Shown here: positions 28,329-37,707 of the stretch, one piece after another
How positions within the stretch are numbered: position 1 is the first letter of the stretch
Layout: each line of letters opens with the position of its first letter
IMG/VR virus record: IMGVR_UViG_3300033153_007861
Span: 1-52,753 of that record
Reading direction: 5' to 3' (one strand)
Source: a virus
Taxonomy: Duplodnaviria; Caudoviricetes
DNA: 52,753 nucleotides
Made by a program: the position numbers and the translations under genes
The notes under the pieces: model-generated
Seen by the model: only the letters and a program-made list of their open reading frames with translations
Databases searched by the model: none
Told to the model about the DNA's origin: nothing

Positions 28329-28487
28329 ATGAATGAAATGATATTTGTTTACTACGAACCAAGTCCACTTGTATATAAAATGGTATTTTTATTGTCTGCA
28401 TCACCATTCATATATGTAATATTGGCTTTTTTGTGGACTAAAGTTATAAAAAAAATGATTGACAATTATAAATATTGGAAAGACTAA
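28329..28487 (+). CDS. Small membrane protein (not in track)
   Basis: AGGAGG SD; 52 aa with one hydrophobic segment. Confidence 0.6.
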   Translation: MNEMIFVYYEPSPLVYKMVFLLSASPFIYVILAFLWTKVIKKMIDNYKYWKD

Positions 28488-28510
28488 CTCTTAAGTAAAG
28501 GAGACTGAAA

Positions 28511-29167
28511 ATGATTAAGTATAAAGTTTGGATCAGAAGTTTTGATATTGAAGAAATAGACATAGTGAAAGAAACCAAGAGTTTTGTATATTGCAATATA
28601 GGTTTTGTCGGCAATTTGGATTTACACAAGGAAAGCAAGAACTCAAAAGAAGGAATTTATTTCGATACTAGAGAAGAGGCGACACAATATGTGTTGTCAG
28701 TAGCAAGTGAAAAACAAGCATTTTATAACAAAGTAATAGAGGATAATAGCCCTAGTTGTGATTACAAGTACACCAAACATGATATAGATATTGCTAAGTT
28801 GATTTACTTTCAAGAGGTAGTAGTTACAAGTATAGTGGAATTGTGTGAGAAGAAAATACAGGTATTAGGTGCGATGAAGAAAAAACCCAAAGCTTTAGAA
28901 TTTTACATCAATTTATTGGATTATTACATGCCAATAGATGAGAAACTAAAAGGTAATACTGACAACAACTCAACTGCACTTCAAGATTCACTAACACCTA
29001 ACCAAATGAATACTTTCGCAAGAGCAGTGTTTACAGCATTAGAATTGATAGAAAAACATGGTCACAACAGATCAATATGGAATAAAATAGAAAATATGTA
29101 TAATTTAGTTCATGCAAATAACTATGTTGCCAACAGGGCAGCATTTAACACAGGATTTGGAGGTTAA
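28511..29167 (+). CDS. Hypothetical protein
   Basis: AAGGAG SD; long ORF. Confidence 0.65.
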   Translation: MIKYKVWIRSFDIEEIDIVKETKSFVYCNIGFVGNLDLHKESKNSKEGIYFDTREEATQYVLSVASEKQAFYNKVIEDNSPSCDYKYTKHDIDIAKLIYFQEVVVTSIVELCEKKIQVLGAMKKKPKALEFYINLLDYYMPIDEKLKGNTDNNSTALQDSLTPNQMNTFARAVFTALELIEKHGHNRSIWNKIENMYNLVHANNYVANRAAFNTGFGG

Positions 29168-29169
29168 GA

Positions 29170-29685
29170 ATGAAGTGGAAAAAAGGTGATATTTTGGTTA
29201 GTATTGATGGTGAGAAAGAGGTACTTGGGGTGATGGATAATCTATATGTCATGAGCTGTATTGATAATTTTGAACTAGTAGATGGAATGTATCTTGAACA
29301 AGAGTTAATTAATCTTGGTTACGACTTACCAGTTCCAAAGAAAATGCACCTAGGTACTACTGAGAGTTCTCTGTATATCTGGTACGACAATGTGTCAATC
29401 GGATATATTGATGAAGACGGGGAATGTCGCATATTAAATTCAAACTATTCTATCCAAAATCACAATCAATGGAGAAAAGACGGATGTTTGATTGATAGTA
29501 CTATTATTGAATGGAATGATAGTGAATATGAACTAGCAAAATCTAGCATAGGTAGTATAGTACTAAGAAAAGCAGGTGTGATTGATGGAGTTATTTACAA
29601 TTTCCATTACACTCGTTATGAGCATAACTGTAATGACGACAATATTATACGACATAAACATAATAATTGCCCTATAGGGTTTTAA
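29170..29685 (+). CDS. Hypothetical protein sharing a C-terminal domain with 40385..41173
   Basis: N.WRKDG...NI.RHK.N..PI.F shared. Confidence 0.7.
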   Translation: MKWKKGDILVSIDGEKEVLGVMDNLYVMSCIDNFELVDGMYLEQELINLGYDLPVPKKMHLGTTESSLYIWYDNVSIGYIDEDGECRILNSNYSIQNHNQWRKDGCLIDSTIIEWNDSEYELAKSSIGSIVLRKAGVIDGVIYNFHYTRYEHNCNDDNIIRHKHNNCPIGF

Positions 29686-29700
29686 AAAAGGGGAATTAAA

Positions 29701-30189
29701 TTGAATAGAATAACGGACAGAGAGTATGTTAGAAATATGAGTGATGCTGATTTTAAGAAATATCACAGGAACTACATGGAAAAGATCAGTGATAGATTAG
29801 AAAGGTGTCGAACCAGCTTTGACAAGGAGCTTTATTCATTCAATTTGCTTGCAATTGGCAATGTGTGTCCTAATTGTAATGAACAGTTTAATTCTAAATG
29901 GTCACACGGTAAACACCAAACCTGTAGTAGTTGTACATCGGAGTTTGGATCTTGGGGAAACGCAGTATGTTTAATGAAAATAACTCAACAAGAAGTTGAT
30001 AATATTTTAATTACGTATTTTTCAGATGTAGAGACACGCAATGTGCAAAGATTATACTTTGATACAGAGTTTGAATCTTGGGGTAGAAATATAAACAATA
30101 ATGATAAATTAGGACTCATATCTGAATTATTAAGAAGACGACAAAATGGTACATTAGATCAATTTATTGTTAATACGAAATCGATATAA
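29701..30189 (+). CDS. Zn-finger hypothetical protein
   Basis: CPNC...CSSC. Confidence 0.6.
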   Translation: MNRITDREYVRNMSDADFKKYHRNYMEKISDRLERCRTSFDKELYSFNLLAIGNVCPNCNEQFNSKWSHGKHQTCSSCTSEFGSWGNAVCLMKITQQEVDNILITYFSDVETRNVQRLYFDTEFESWGRNINNNDKLGLISELLRRRQNGTLDQFIVNTKSI

Positions 30190-30200
30190 GGAGGATTTAA

Positions 30201-30761
30201 TTGAAAGAAATTAAACAAAATGGAAATACGGTTGAAATAGGCGATAATGGTATGAAAAGAGATAGTAGTGATAGAAAACCAAGATACGACCTTATTTCAG
30301 CAGGTTTCCACAGTACGGTACAGGATTATGTATTTGAGAAGATCGATGTTGATTTATATAATATATCAAATAAGTTATTTCAAGTAGCCAAGGATAGCAA
30401 TATAGAGTTTCTTGGTGAGCTGCTTGGTAATATTATTCAGTATGATATATATGTAAATGGAAACGGTAATTTAGTTGACTACTTAAATGACAACATACTT
30501 TACTATTGGGAATCATTAGCGTTCAGGTTAAGTGATGGTGCTAAGTATTATGGTGCTAATAACTGGAAGAAAGCAAGAGGATTAGAGGAGTACGAGAGGT
30601 TTATTGAAAGTTTTGTAAGGCATAGTTTTGAGGTATTAAGAAACAGCATAGATGAAGAGCATATATCAGGAGTAATGTTTAATTTAATGGGAATACACTA
30701 CATGAGAGAAAACGGGTTTGTGAACTACAAACCAATTATTGAAATAAGCATGGATTTATAA
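30201..30761 (+). CDS. dATP/dGTP diphosphohydrolase-domain protein (DUF5664-like)
   Basis: G.KRD...KPRYDLI, GAKYYGANNWKK, S..RH and H...V.FN motifs. Confidence 0.75.
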   Translation: MKEIKQNGNTVEIGDNGMKRDSSDRKPRYDLISAGFHSTVQDYVFEKIDVDLYNISNKLFQVAKDSNIEFLGELLGNIIQYDIYVNGNGNLVDYLNDNILYYWESLAFRLSDGAKYYGANNWKKARGLEEYERFIESFVRHSFEVLRNSIDEEHISGVMFNLMGIHYMRENGFVNYKPIIEISMDL

Positions 30762-30769
30762 AAATATTT

Positions 30770-30795
30770 AAGTGGTGTAAAAGCCACTTTTTTAT
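30770..30795 (+). terminator. Rho-independent terminator
   Basis: AAGTGG-TGTAAAAG-CCACTT-TTTT. Confidence 0.8.
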
Positions 30796-30818
30796 ATTCA
30801 TTTTTTAGTAAAAAACTA

Positions 30819-30847
30819 TTGACAAATGATTCAATATGTATTATATT
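30819..30847 (+). promoter_or_regulatory. Sigma70-type promoter
   Basis: TTGACA-17 bp-TATATT. Confidence 0.75.
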
Positions 30848-30873
30848 GAGTGTATACTAAAAGGAGGTTCAAT

Positions 30874-31188
30874 ATGAATTTATATAACAAGGTAGCATTG
30901 GTGATAGCAATATCGGGATTATTGATTTTATCAATAACATCACATATAGCAATTATCAACATTGAGAAAGTTCACAGAAGTACAGTGGTAAATTTTGAGA
31001 CCCAAGTAGATAGTTTAGCCAAGCGAGTAGTATCACTTAGTGACAGTTTAAGGGAAACAAATATTACACTCAAGGTATGTAGCGAGCTTACAGTACAAAA
31101 CAGCTTATTAGTACAGAGTAGTAATAGATTAAATGCGGTACATACAAAGGCTCTTAAAGGGATCTTTAAACACCTAGGAGTTAAATAG
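30874..31188 (+). CDS. Membrane-anchored coiled-coil protein
   Basis: AGGAGG SD before ATG 30874; N-terminal hydrophobic helix. Confidence 0.65.
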   Translation: MNLYNKVALVIAISGLLILSITSHIAIINIEKVHRSTVVNFETQVDSLAKRVVSLSDSLRETNITLKVCSELTVQNSLLVQSSNRLNAVHTKALKGIFKHLGVK

Positions 31189-31589
31189 TGTATTATGAAA
31201 AGACAATCATGCAAGAGGAAATAGATAAATATAAACTCGGTGAAGTATTAAAGCAAGTAGTGGAAAAAGATTTATCATTACGAGAATTTGCTGACTATAA
31301 ACACAGTACATTATTTATCAATTTCCTAAATATGATTTCAGAAGATATATTACGAGACCAATCATTTTCATTGACATATGAAGAGGAATCGGAAGGTATG
31401 TTCTTTACTACCAAGGGCGATATAGAAGTAGAAATTGAAATATATGCGGATTTTAATCGTGATTATGATATGCCGCCAGATTACATCGTAAATGATAGTA
31501 GGGAAATGATTATAGAAGGCAGTATGATAGCATTAATGGTAAATAAACAAGATGATACTTATTGGTTCAGTATTGATAACTTAACATAA
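31188..31589 (+). CDS. Acidic hypothetical protein
   Basis: ORF in operon. Confidence 0.6.
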   Translation: MYYEKTIMQEEIDKYKLGEVLKQVVEKDLSLREFADYKHSTLFINFLNMISEDILRDQSFSLTYEEESEGMFFTTKGDIEVEIEIYADFNRDYDMPPDYIVNDSREMIIEGSMIALMVNKQDDTYWFSIDNLT

Positions 31590-31598
31590 GGAGGTAGT

Positions 31599-31907
31599 AT
31601 GAAAGTTGGTGATATGTTAAATAGAATAGGGACTTCGCAGTATCATAGAGTATGCCTAATAGATATATCTAAAGGGAACGACGGAGCAAATATTACTATA
31701 TATCATCTTAGTGCCGCCAATCATAATTTTCACCTTTATTCAGGACTCAATAGCTATGTAATAGAGGAGATAGAGGAGAAATTTATACTTGTAGATACAA
31801 TACATTTATCAGTAGAGGAAATAGTGAGGGAGTTGGGGTTAAATGTCAATGTTATTGTTTATTCACAGGAGTTAGTTAAAAAAAGGGGTTGTTATGGAAA
31901 AAGCTAG
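31599..31907 (+). CDS. Hypothetical protein
   Basis: AGGAGG SD. Confidence 0.65.
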   Translation: MKVGDMLNRIGTSQYHRVCLIDISKGNDGANITIYHLSAANHNFHLYSGLNSYVIEEIEEKFILVDTIHLSVEEIVRELGLNVNVIVYSQELVKKRGCYGKS

Positions 31908-32190
31908 ATGGAAGGTAATTAAGGATTACCCAGAATACAAAATTAATCAGTATGGGCAGGTTCGATTAATAGGAGATGATAGTGACATTATTTCCGCAAT
32001 TTATCAGCGTTCATACACAGGATTAGCAGTTAAGCTTAGGAATCATAAAACTAACAAGGCTACATATAAGGCTGTCAGAAGCCTTGTGTATAAGCACTTC
32101 GTAGAGGACAAGGGTGATATAATAATTTCTCATAGGGACAGGGATATACACAACACTTACTATAAAAACTTAGTACACGGGAGGATATAA
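31894..32190 (+). CDS. NUMOD4/HNH homing-endonuclease-like protein (degenerate)
   Basis: WKVIKDYPEYKINQYGQVR (NUMOD4); LVYKHF...ISHRDRDIHNTYYKNL (HNH-like). Confidence 0.7.
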   Translation: MEKARWKVIKDYPEYKINQYGQVRLIGDDSDIISAIYQRSYTGLAVKLRNHKTNKATYKAVRSLVYKHFVEDKGDIIISHRDRDIHNTYYKNLVHGRI

Positions 32191-32765
32191 TGAGTAATAA
32201 CGAAATAAAACAATTGGAATTGACAGTGGAGATGGCAAAAGAGATGTACGAGACTGCAAGCGAAGCAGTAAAAAAGATGCTGGAAGTTAATTTTACTCCA
32301 GAGGAATTAGGTGTTGATAATAGACCTAGAAAGTTTGGAGATTTAGGATATATAGGTGGTTTTTATTTCCATGATAATAAAATAAAATACAGTCATAACT
32401 TAACTGCTGATCCTATTTTAAATCCATTAGCCGCACCAACAATAGATGATATAGAATCTTATTTGGCGAAGTGTCAACTTCTACAATTAGCAAAGGCTCT
32501 GAATGATGGCGAGGTGAATAAGGAGTGGATTAATAATGCGGAGGAAGTTTTCTTTGTAGATAATGTAAATGGGAGTACTCAATACAAAAAAAACTTCCTG
32601 TATACAGTATGCACATTTTATATAAGCTCACATAGAAAAGATGTATTGTTCAAGAGAGAAGAGGATGCGTTGTTTAGTCTGAAACATCATCGTAAACTTT
32701 GGCTACAGTATTTCATGTTAGATGCGGATGTGACTGACTGGAATAGAGCAACTTATAAAGTGTAA
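32190..32765 (+). CDS. Hypothetical protein
   Basis: GGAGG SD; last gene of the plus-strand arm. Confidence 0.7.
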   Translation: MSNNEIKQLELTVEMAKEMYETASEAVKKMLEVNFTPEELGVDNRPRKFGDLGYIGGFYFHDNKIKYSHNLTADPILNPLAAPTIDDIESYLAKCQLLQLAKALNDGEVNKEWINNAEEVFFVDNVNGSTQYKKNFLYTVCTFYISSHRKDVLFKREEDALFSLKHHRKLWLQYFMLDADVTDWNRATYKV

Positions 32766-33077
32766 TAAAATAGGGTAGCGGGGGAAATTGGTAGGTAAAT
32801 TTGAGGGGGTCGAATAGAAAAGACCCCACCCCTTGCTTAAATAAGTTTATATATATACATAAGTATTTATATACAGTACTAACAATCCCTACTTGACATA
32901 ATGGTTATTATCAGAACCACTTTTTCAACCCCCTAAGGGCGTATTCTGAATTATACCCACCTGTCCCCTCTCCCCCGCCAAAACAAAACAAATAAAAGAT
33001 GCAATCAAAGTTTAATTAATGTAATGAACGAACCCCCTTTACCCCTTAATCCCCCATGCATCCTACTATCCTAATAC

Positions 33078-33195
33078 TTATCCACATAATTACTACTTCC
33101 AAATAACCCCCGCTTATCCCCTCTATATGCACACATTCCAATACTTATCCACATCCTTACTTCCACTTACCCACATCTCCCGATACTTATCCGCA
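33078..33195. promoter_or_regulatory. Cluster of DnaA-box-like sites
   Basis: TTATCCACA at 33078 and 33145, TTACCCACA at 33167, TTATCCGCA at 33187. Confidence 0.6.
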
Positions 33196-33383
33196 TAATA
33201 CACTTATATATATTACTGCACCTATAAATCCCACTATACACAATTAACAAACTCTATATTATCACTTTCGAATATCGAGTATTATAAGCTTCGCAACTAT
33301 TTCGCCTGCATTATCCGTCGTGTCTCGATAATTACGAGTCTCATAAGCCCTATATGCGCATCTTATATTTCGATTTAGAGCAC

Positions 33384-33410
33384 AAAAAAACACTCTCGAA
33401 AGAGTGCTTT
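33384..33410 (-). terminator. Terminator of the early minus-strand operon
   Basis: GCACTC-TTTC-GAGAGTG followed by a T run. Confidence 0.8.
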
Positions 33411-33455
33411 AATATGATTAAATAATTATTGTTTTATAGTTTCATCTCTTATATT

Positions 33456-33623
33456 CTAACACTTAATAACTTGATCATACTTGATTATTGATAACTTCTC
33501 GTGCTGTATTGGTACTGTCTCCTGTTTTTTATCTAATACAACTAACAATGCAATCACTGTAAACACTACAAACAATACTATCAATGGTGTTATTATGCCA
33601 GCACTGAATACCTTCTTATTCAT
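33456..33623 (-). CDS. Small membrane protein (early region)
   Basis: G-run SD before MNKKVFSAG...; hydrophobic segment. Confidence 0.6.
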   Translation of the reverse strand: MNKKVFSAGIITPLIVLFVVFTVIALLVVLDKKQETVPIQHEKLSIIKYDQVIKC

Positions 33624-33652
33624 TTGCCACCCCCCCCCCTTTTTATTTACTC

Positions 33653-33865
33653 TCAATCGTTAAAAACTACTTCTTTTCTTAATACATAATCAACAAGCAT
33701 ACCGACCATGAATTCTACATTCCATTTTATTTCTACATGATGATCATGTACTAATACACTACATCTCACCTTTTTATTTTGTTTTTGAAGTGTATCAACA
33801 TACTGCTTTAAATAATATGCATCTTTCATATTGATTATACTTGTCTTTACTAATGCTTCATTCAT
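33653..33865 (-). CDS. Early hypothetical protein
   Basis: AAAAGGGGGCTTAAAATG initiation motif. Confidence 0.65.
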   Translation of the reverse strand: MNEALVKTSIINMKDAYYLKQYVDTLQKQNKKVRCSVLVHDHHVEIKWNVEFMVGMLVDYVLRKEVVFND

Positions 33866-33866
33866 T

Positions 33867-34154
33867 TTAAGCCCCCTTTTTTTTGCAAGAATCTAAAAAA
33901 CCTATTCTTTTTAGTTGATTTACAATATAATCATCTAAGCTTTCATCTATTATATTTTTATCATAATATTGCGCATTGAATCTAATTATAAAAAATACGC
34001 AGTGTGCTATTTTGCTAAAATATACCTTGTTTATTACTCTTGAAAGATTTATCTTGCAAGGCTTTTTAGTGTGAAGCTCGCAAAGTTCAGAAACAACTTC
34101 CTTTATTGTTAAACCATTTTCTAGCTTGATTGCAATTAGTTCTTTTGTTGTCAT
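33867..34154 (-). CDS. Early hypothetical protein
   Basis: AAAAGAGGTTTAAAATG motif. Confidence 0.65.
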   Translation of the reverse strand: MTTKELIAIKLENGLTIKEVVSELCELHTKKPCKINLSRVINKVYFSKIAHCVFFIIRFNAQYYDKNIIDESLDDYIVNQLKRIGFLDSCKKKGA

Positions 34155-34169
34155 TTTAAACCTCTTTTT

Positions 34170-34484
34170 TTAAAATAATTGAATACCTGTTTTTATTATT
34201 TCAATAATCTTGCCCGCAATTTCATTCAAAATTGGAATTTTCGACTCATCAACTTGATTATTTTGTATCAAAAATTCCAATTTTTCAAAGTTTGCAAGTT
34301 GTATATCTTGCTTGTTATACTGTTTTTCAAGCTCTTTTAAACCTTTATTTAAAATCATGTCATTATGTTTTGAAATACAATTTCGTACTTCTACTCCAAA
34401 ATCCATCGCTTTTGTTAAATGTCTCGCATGTCTATCTAATAATTTCATTGCTTCGTTCATTTTTATTGCATCCTGTAATTCCAT
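34170..34484 (-). CDS. Early hypothetical protein
   Basis: AAAAGGTGGTTTAAAATG motif. Confidence 0.65.
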   Translation of the reverse strand: MELQDAIKMNEAMKLLDRHARHLTKAMDFGVEVRNCISKHNDMILNKGLKELEKQYNKQDIQLANFEKLEFLIQNNQVDESKIPILNEIAGKIIEIIKTGIQLF

Positions 34485-34527
34485 TTTAAACCACCTTTTT
34501 TGATTAAAATCATTTTGTACTCATTTT

Positions 34528-34905
34528 TTACTCACACATTAGTTTTTCCATTTTTTCATATGAATCTATTTTAACCCATTTATTTGTGAATTTTATATAC
34601 AAGTAATTGTCATCACATTTCATATGATAATTTATCTTATAGAAAAATAACGTCTTGAACAAGCTTGCTGCATTTAAATTTATAAAATTAGACTCTTCAT
34701 CTACAGACTCATCAATTGTCACATTTTCAAAATTTAGTTTACAATATATGTGCGATTCGTTAATTTCAACAATATATTCTCTATTTTCTATAATATCACT
34801 TTCATTAAACAATTCAATTTTCATTTTAATTTTACTATTTTTAAAATAATGCTCAATAATTTCCTTGATTTCTGTTATTATTATTTCGACACAGATGTCC
34901 TTCAT
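34528..34905 (-). CDS. Early hypothetical protein
   Basis: AAAAGGGGTTTAAATTATG motif. Confidence 0.65.
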   Translation of the reverse strand: MKDICVEIIITEIKEIIEHYFKNSKIKMKIELFNESDIIENREYIVEINESHIYCKLNFENVTIDESVDEESNFINLNAASLFKTLFFYKINYHMKCDDNYLYIKFTNKWVKIDSYEKMEKLMCE

Positions 34906-34922
34906 AATTTAAACCCCTTTTT

Positions 34923-35180
34923 TTAATTATTTATATATTCATTTACCATTTTTCGCAATTGCTCAAAATCAATAGTATCACTAAATATTATAATATAAAT
35001 ATCTTCTGGTCGAGCAGGTTTTATATTTTTAACTGCAAAAACGGGTTTATTTGCTAATTTCAGATCTAGATTAAACGGATCAATATGTATACGCCCCTTA
35101 CCTACGATCTCATTATCTATTATACTATTATCAATTAACATCATTTTAAACTCACCTCGATTATATACTACTGCTTTCAT
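34923..35180 (-). CDS. Early hypothetical protein
   Basis: AAAAGGGGCTTGAAATG motif. Confidence 0.65.
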   Translation of the reverse strand: MKAVVYNRGEFKMMLIDNSIIDNEIVGKGRIHIDPFNLDLKLANKPVFAVKNIKPARPEDIYIIIFSDTIDFEQLRKMVNEYINN

Positions 35181-35256
35181 TTCAAGCCCCTTTTTTAATT
35201 TTTAATAATTTATAATTAAAAAACTATTATCGTTAATTTTTGATTATTTTTTCAAA

Positions 35257-35460
35257 TTACCACAAATGCGATTCATTAAACCAAGCATTTTCATTTTCTA
35301 GTTGATATAAGTAAAATTTTTCATCTCTTGATAAAATAACGCATTGTACTTTTCTACTTTCTATATATTCGGCTAATCCGCTAATTTGTCTTAGGTCTTT
35401 AATTTGATTCAAAAATCGCACATTGTCACCAACTTTGAATTTATTTACTAATACCTTCAT
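35257..35460 (-). CDS. Early hypothetical protein (SH3/KOW-like)
   Basis: KFKVGDNVR...YLYQLE...WF.E pattern. Confidence 0.6.
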   Translation of the reverse strand: MKVLVNKFKVGDNVRFLNQIKDLRQISGLAEYIESRKVQCVILSRDEKFYLYQLENENAWFNESHLW

Positions 35461-35491
35461 GTCATCCCCCTTTTTTTAATTTAAAATTATT

Positions 35492-35827
35492 TTAATGTGC
35501 ACTAACTAAGAAACTATTATCATTAATTTCAATAAATATTGCTCTGTCTCCTATATAATACCTGATTTCTTGCTTGTCTTCTAAATCACTAACATCATCT
35601 TTAGTTATACCGTGTTCGCTTATATATTCATCATAAGTATACTCGATGTATTCTGCACATAATGAAATTGTATCTAATACTATATCTTGTCCGCTTTCGT
35701 CAGCAGATCGCTCTAAATAATCAAATAAAGCGACTTTTGCATCATAACTAAAATTAGTGTCGTTATATGTATTACTCATTGCATTTACAAACTCATCTTG
35801 ACCTATTCTTTTTATTATTCCCCTCAT
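35492..35827 (-). CDS. Acidic early protein
   Basis: NFSYDAKVALFDYLE...LD.ISLC.EY.EY pattern seen in small phage early proteins. Confidence 0.7.
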   Translation of the reverse strand: MRGIIKRIGQDEFVNAMSNTYNDTNFSYDAKVALFDYLERSADESGQDIVLDTISLCAEYIEYTYDEYISEHGITKDDVSDLEDKQEIRYYIGDRAIFIEINDNSFLVSAH

Positions 35828-35845
35828 TTTAAACCCCTTTTCTTT

Positions 35846-36001
35846 TTAATTTACATACCTTTTAATTCTTACATTTTCACTACCAACTAATGACCCGACT
35901 GCTTCACATATCCATTCAATGTCGTCAATATTCCTTTCAGACACATTTAATTTTCTTGTTACTTCTTTGTTTTCATTTAATACTTGTAATTCTATTATCA
36001 T
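35846..36001 (-). CDS. Early hypothetical protein, 51 aa (not in track)
   Basis: AAAAGGGGGTTGAATCATG; MIIELQVLNENKEVTRKL... Confidence 0.6.
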   Translation of the reverse strand: MIIELQVLNENKEVTRKLNVSERNIDDIEWICEAVGSLVGSENVRIKRYVN

Positions 36002-36030
36002 GATTCAACCCCCTTTTTTTTTATTAATAT

Positions 36031-36237
36031 CTACTTGCAATATGCTCTTTTATATTTCATTTGCGCACATCTGATTTCTCTATAAATTGTATCTTTTAAA
36101 TCTGATAAATCTGAATAATCACTTTTTTTAATCAATATATGCCAGCTTGTCCCGTTCAGTCCTACCCCCCAGCCATTTTTTTCTTTTTGAATATAACACT
36201 TTCCATAATATTGAAATTTTTTTCTCAAATCTATCAT
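36031..36237 (-). CDS. First early hypothetical protein
   Basis: AAAAGGGGGC SD; directly downstream of the tandem promoters. Confidence 0.65.
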   Translation of the reverse strand: MIDLRKKFQYYGKCYIQKEKNGWGVGLNGTSWHILIKKSDYSDLSDLKDTIYREIRCAQMKYKRAYCK

Positions 36238-36311
36238 AACATGCCCCCTTTTTTTTAGTAAAAAACCAAGATTTGTTTAAAAAAATAGCTTTTTACATTG
36301 ATTGTTTTTTT

Positions 36312-36679
36312 TCTTGCATCTCATACTTACAATATAACACATTTTTTTCTGTAAGTCAAGGAAAAAATAATTTTTTTTCATTTTTCTTACTTGCTACATC
36401 GTATGATTTGCAAGATTGAAACTGTAGCTCGTAACAGTATTTTATATCTCTCTTGCATCTCATACTTATAATATAGTACATCTTACACTATAAGTCAAGT
36501 AAAAAATAACTTTTTTTTCATTTTTCCAATTTACATTTAAAAGTGTTCTTGTTTCTTACATTTACAAGATAGTATATTTTACAGTGTAAGTCAAGTAAAA
36601 AATAATTTTTTATGATTTGTCATTATAGCAAATTGCATATAATGAACACATGTATAATACATTTACAGATAAAATGCAA
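36312..36679 (-). promoter_or_regulatory. Tandem array of 3-4 promoters built from direct repeats
   Basis: TTGACT-17-TATATT (36331-36359, 36470-36498), TTGACT-17-TATCTT (36566-36594), TTGCAT-17-TATACA (36651-36679); A/T-tract UP-like elements. Confidence 0.8.
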
Positions 36680-36718
36680 GTATTATTTCAAAAAAACACC
36701 CAATACACCCCTCTATAT

Positions 36719-36760
36719 ATAGTCTTCTATAGATAGTCTTCTATAGATAGTCTTCTATAG
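36719..36760. repeat. 14-bp tandem repeat x3
   Basis: ATAGTCTTCTATAG x3 followed by degenerate copies. Confidence 0.9.
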
Positions 36761-36928
36761 ATAATTTCTTATAGATAAATTTATATACATACCCTTCTTT
36801 ATAAAGTGTAAATATTTTATAATTGAGATTTTTTCGCTTTTCGTAGTATAGTCAATGTCACTATGGACTTACTTTTTTACGAAAATGAAAATGAAAAACA
36901 CCTTGCGTAAACAATGTGTTGAGAAAAA

Positions 36929-37633
36929 TTATTTAATATCAAGAGCGTAAGCCTCGAACCACACTTCCTTATGATAAGAATTTACTGCTCCGTAATTTAC
37001 ATCAGGTACCTTTATTGACAACTCGTAATCTACCTCACTTTGCATATCCCTAACAACCTTAGTAAGTTGTCTCCAATCAAACTTCATTCCATGATATATA
37101 ATCTGCATCTTTTTTACAGTAGCATAATCAAGTGATTTGTCAAGTTCAACCTTAAGCTTCTTGTTTTCTTTAGAGAATTTACTTGCTGTCGCCATCGATG
37201 TAGCTTCTCTCCTACTTCCAATTTCTGCCTTAGTCCTCACTGCTTCATTTCTTTCAAGTAATGCCTGCTCTTTCTTTTCAACTTCATCAGCATAGAGCCT
37301 TAGTGCTTCAGGTAATGATTGTGGTAAACTTGCTTTCAGTTTCTTCTCGCATTCAATGAAATACTTTCTCGCTTGTTTACCTTTATTATTTCTTGCGAGC
37401 ATAGATAATTCTTTAGCCATATCTAAAGAAAGTTGGTATTCTTTTGTCTTCCCACCACTTACTAAATTTTTAGTAAACGATTTATAGTCTTGATTTTCAA
37501 TAAAATCAAAGTCTTTAATTGAGTTATTAATCCAATCGTTAAACCTACTTTTAATTTCCAAAAACAAATACAATTCTCTGCCGTCAACTCTTCTTTCATT
37601 CTCAACCACTTCAATCTTAATTAATTCATTCAT
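36929..37633 (-). CDS. AntA/AntB-family antirepressor
   Basis: VDGRELYLFLEIKSRFNDWI...EYQLSLDMAKELSM...ARKYFIECEK; likely start ATG 37633. Confidence 0.9.
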   Translation of the reverse strand: MNELIKIEVVENERRVDGRELYLFLEIKSRFNDWINNSIKDFDFIENQDYKSFTKNLVSGGKTKEYQLSLDMAKELSMLARNNKGKQARKYFIECEKKLKASLPQSLPEALRLYADEVEKKEQALLERNEAVRTKAEIGSRREATSMATASKFSKENKKLKVELDKSLDYATVKKMQIIYHGMKFDWRQLTKVVRDMQSEVDYELSIKVPDVNYGAVNSYHKEVWFEAYALDIK

Positions 37634-37634
37634 C

Positions 37635-37706
37635 TTAAACACACCTTTCATAAGTTAATTGCATAATGCCATCTTTATTTTCAATACCTAAATTCATTAA
37701 TTCCAT
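37635..37706 (-). pseudogene. Rha remnant, 23 aa
   Basis: MELMNLGIENKDG is identical to the start of 48752..48961, then IMQLTYERCV*. Confidence 0.7.
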
Positions 37707-37707
37707 T

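Noticed and set aside
30201-30761. Z-base (2-aminoadenine) genome pathway
   Set aside because: No PurZ or dedicated DNA polymerase is visible.
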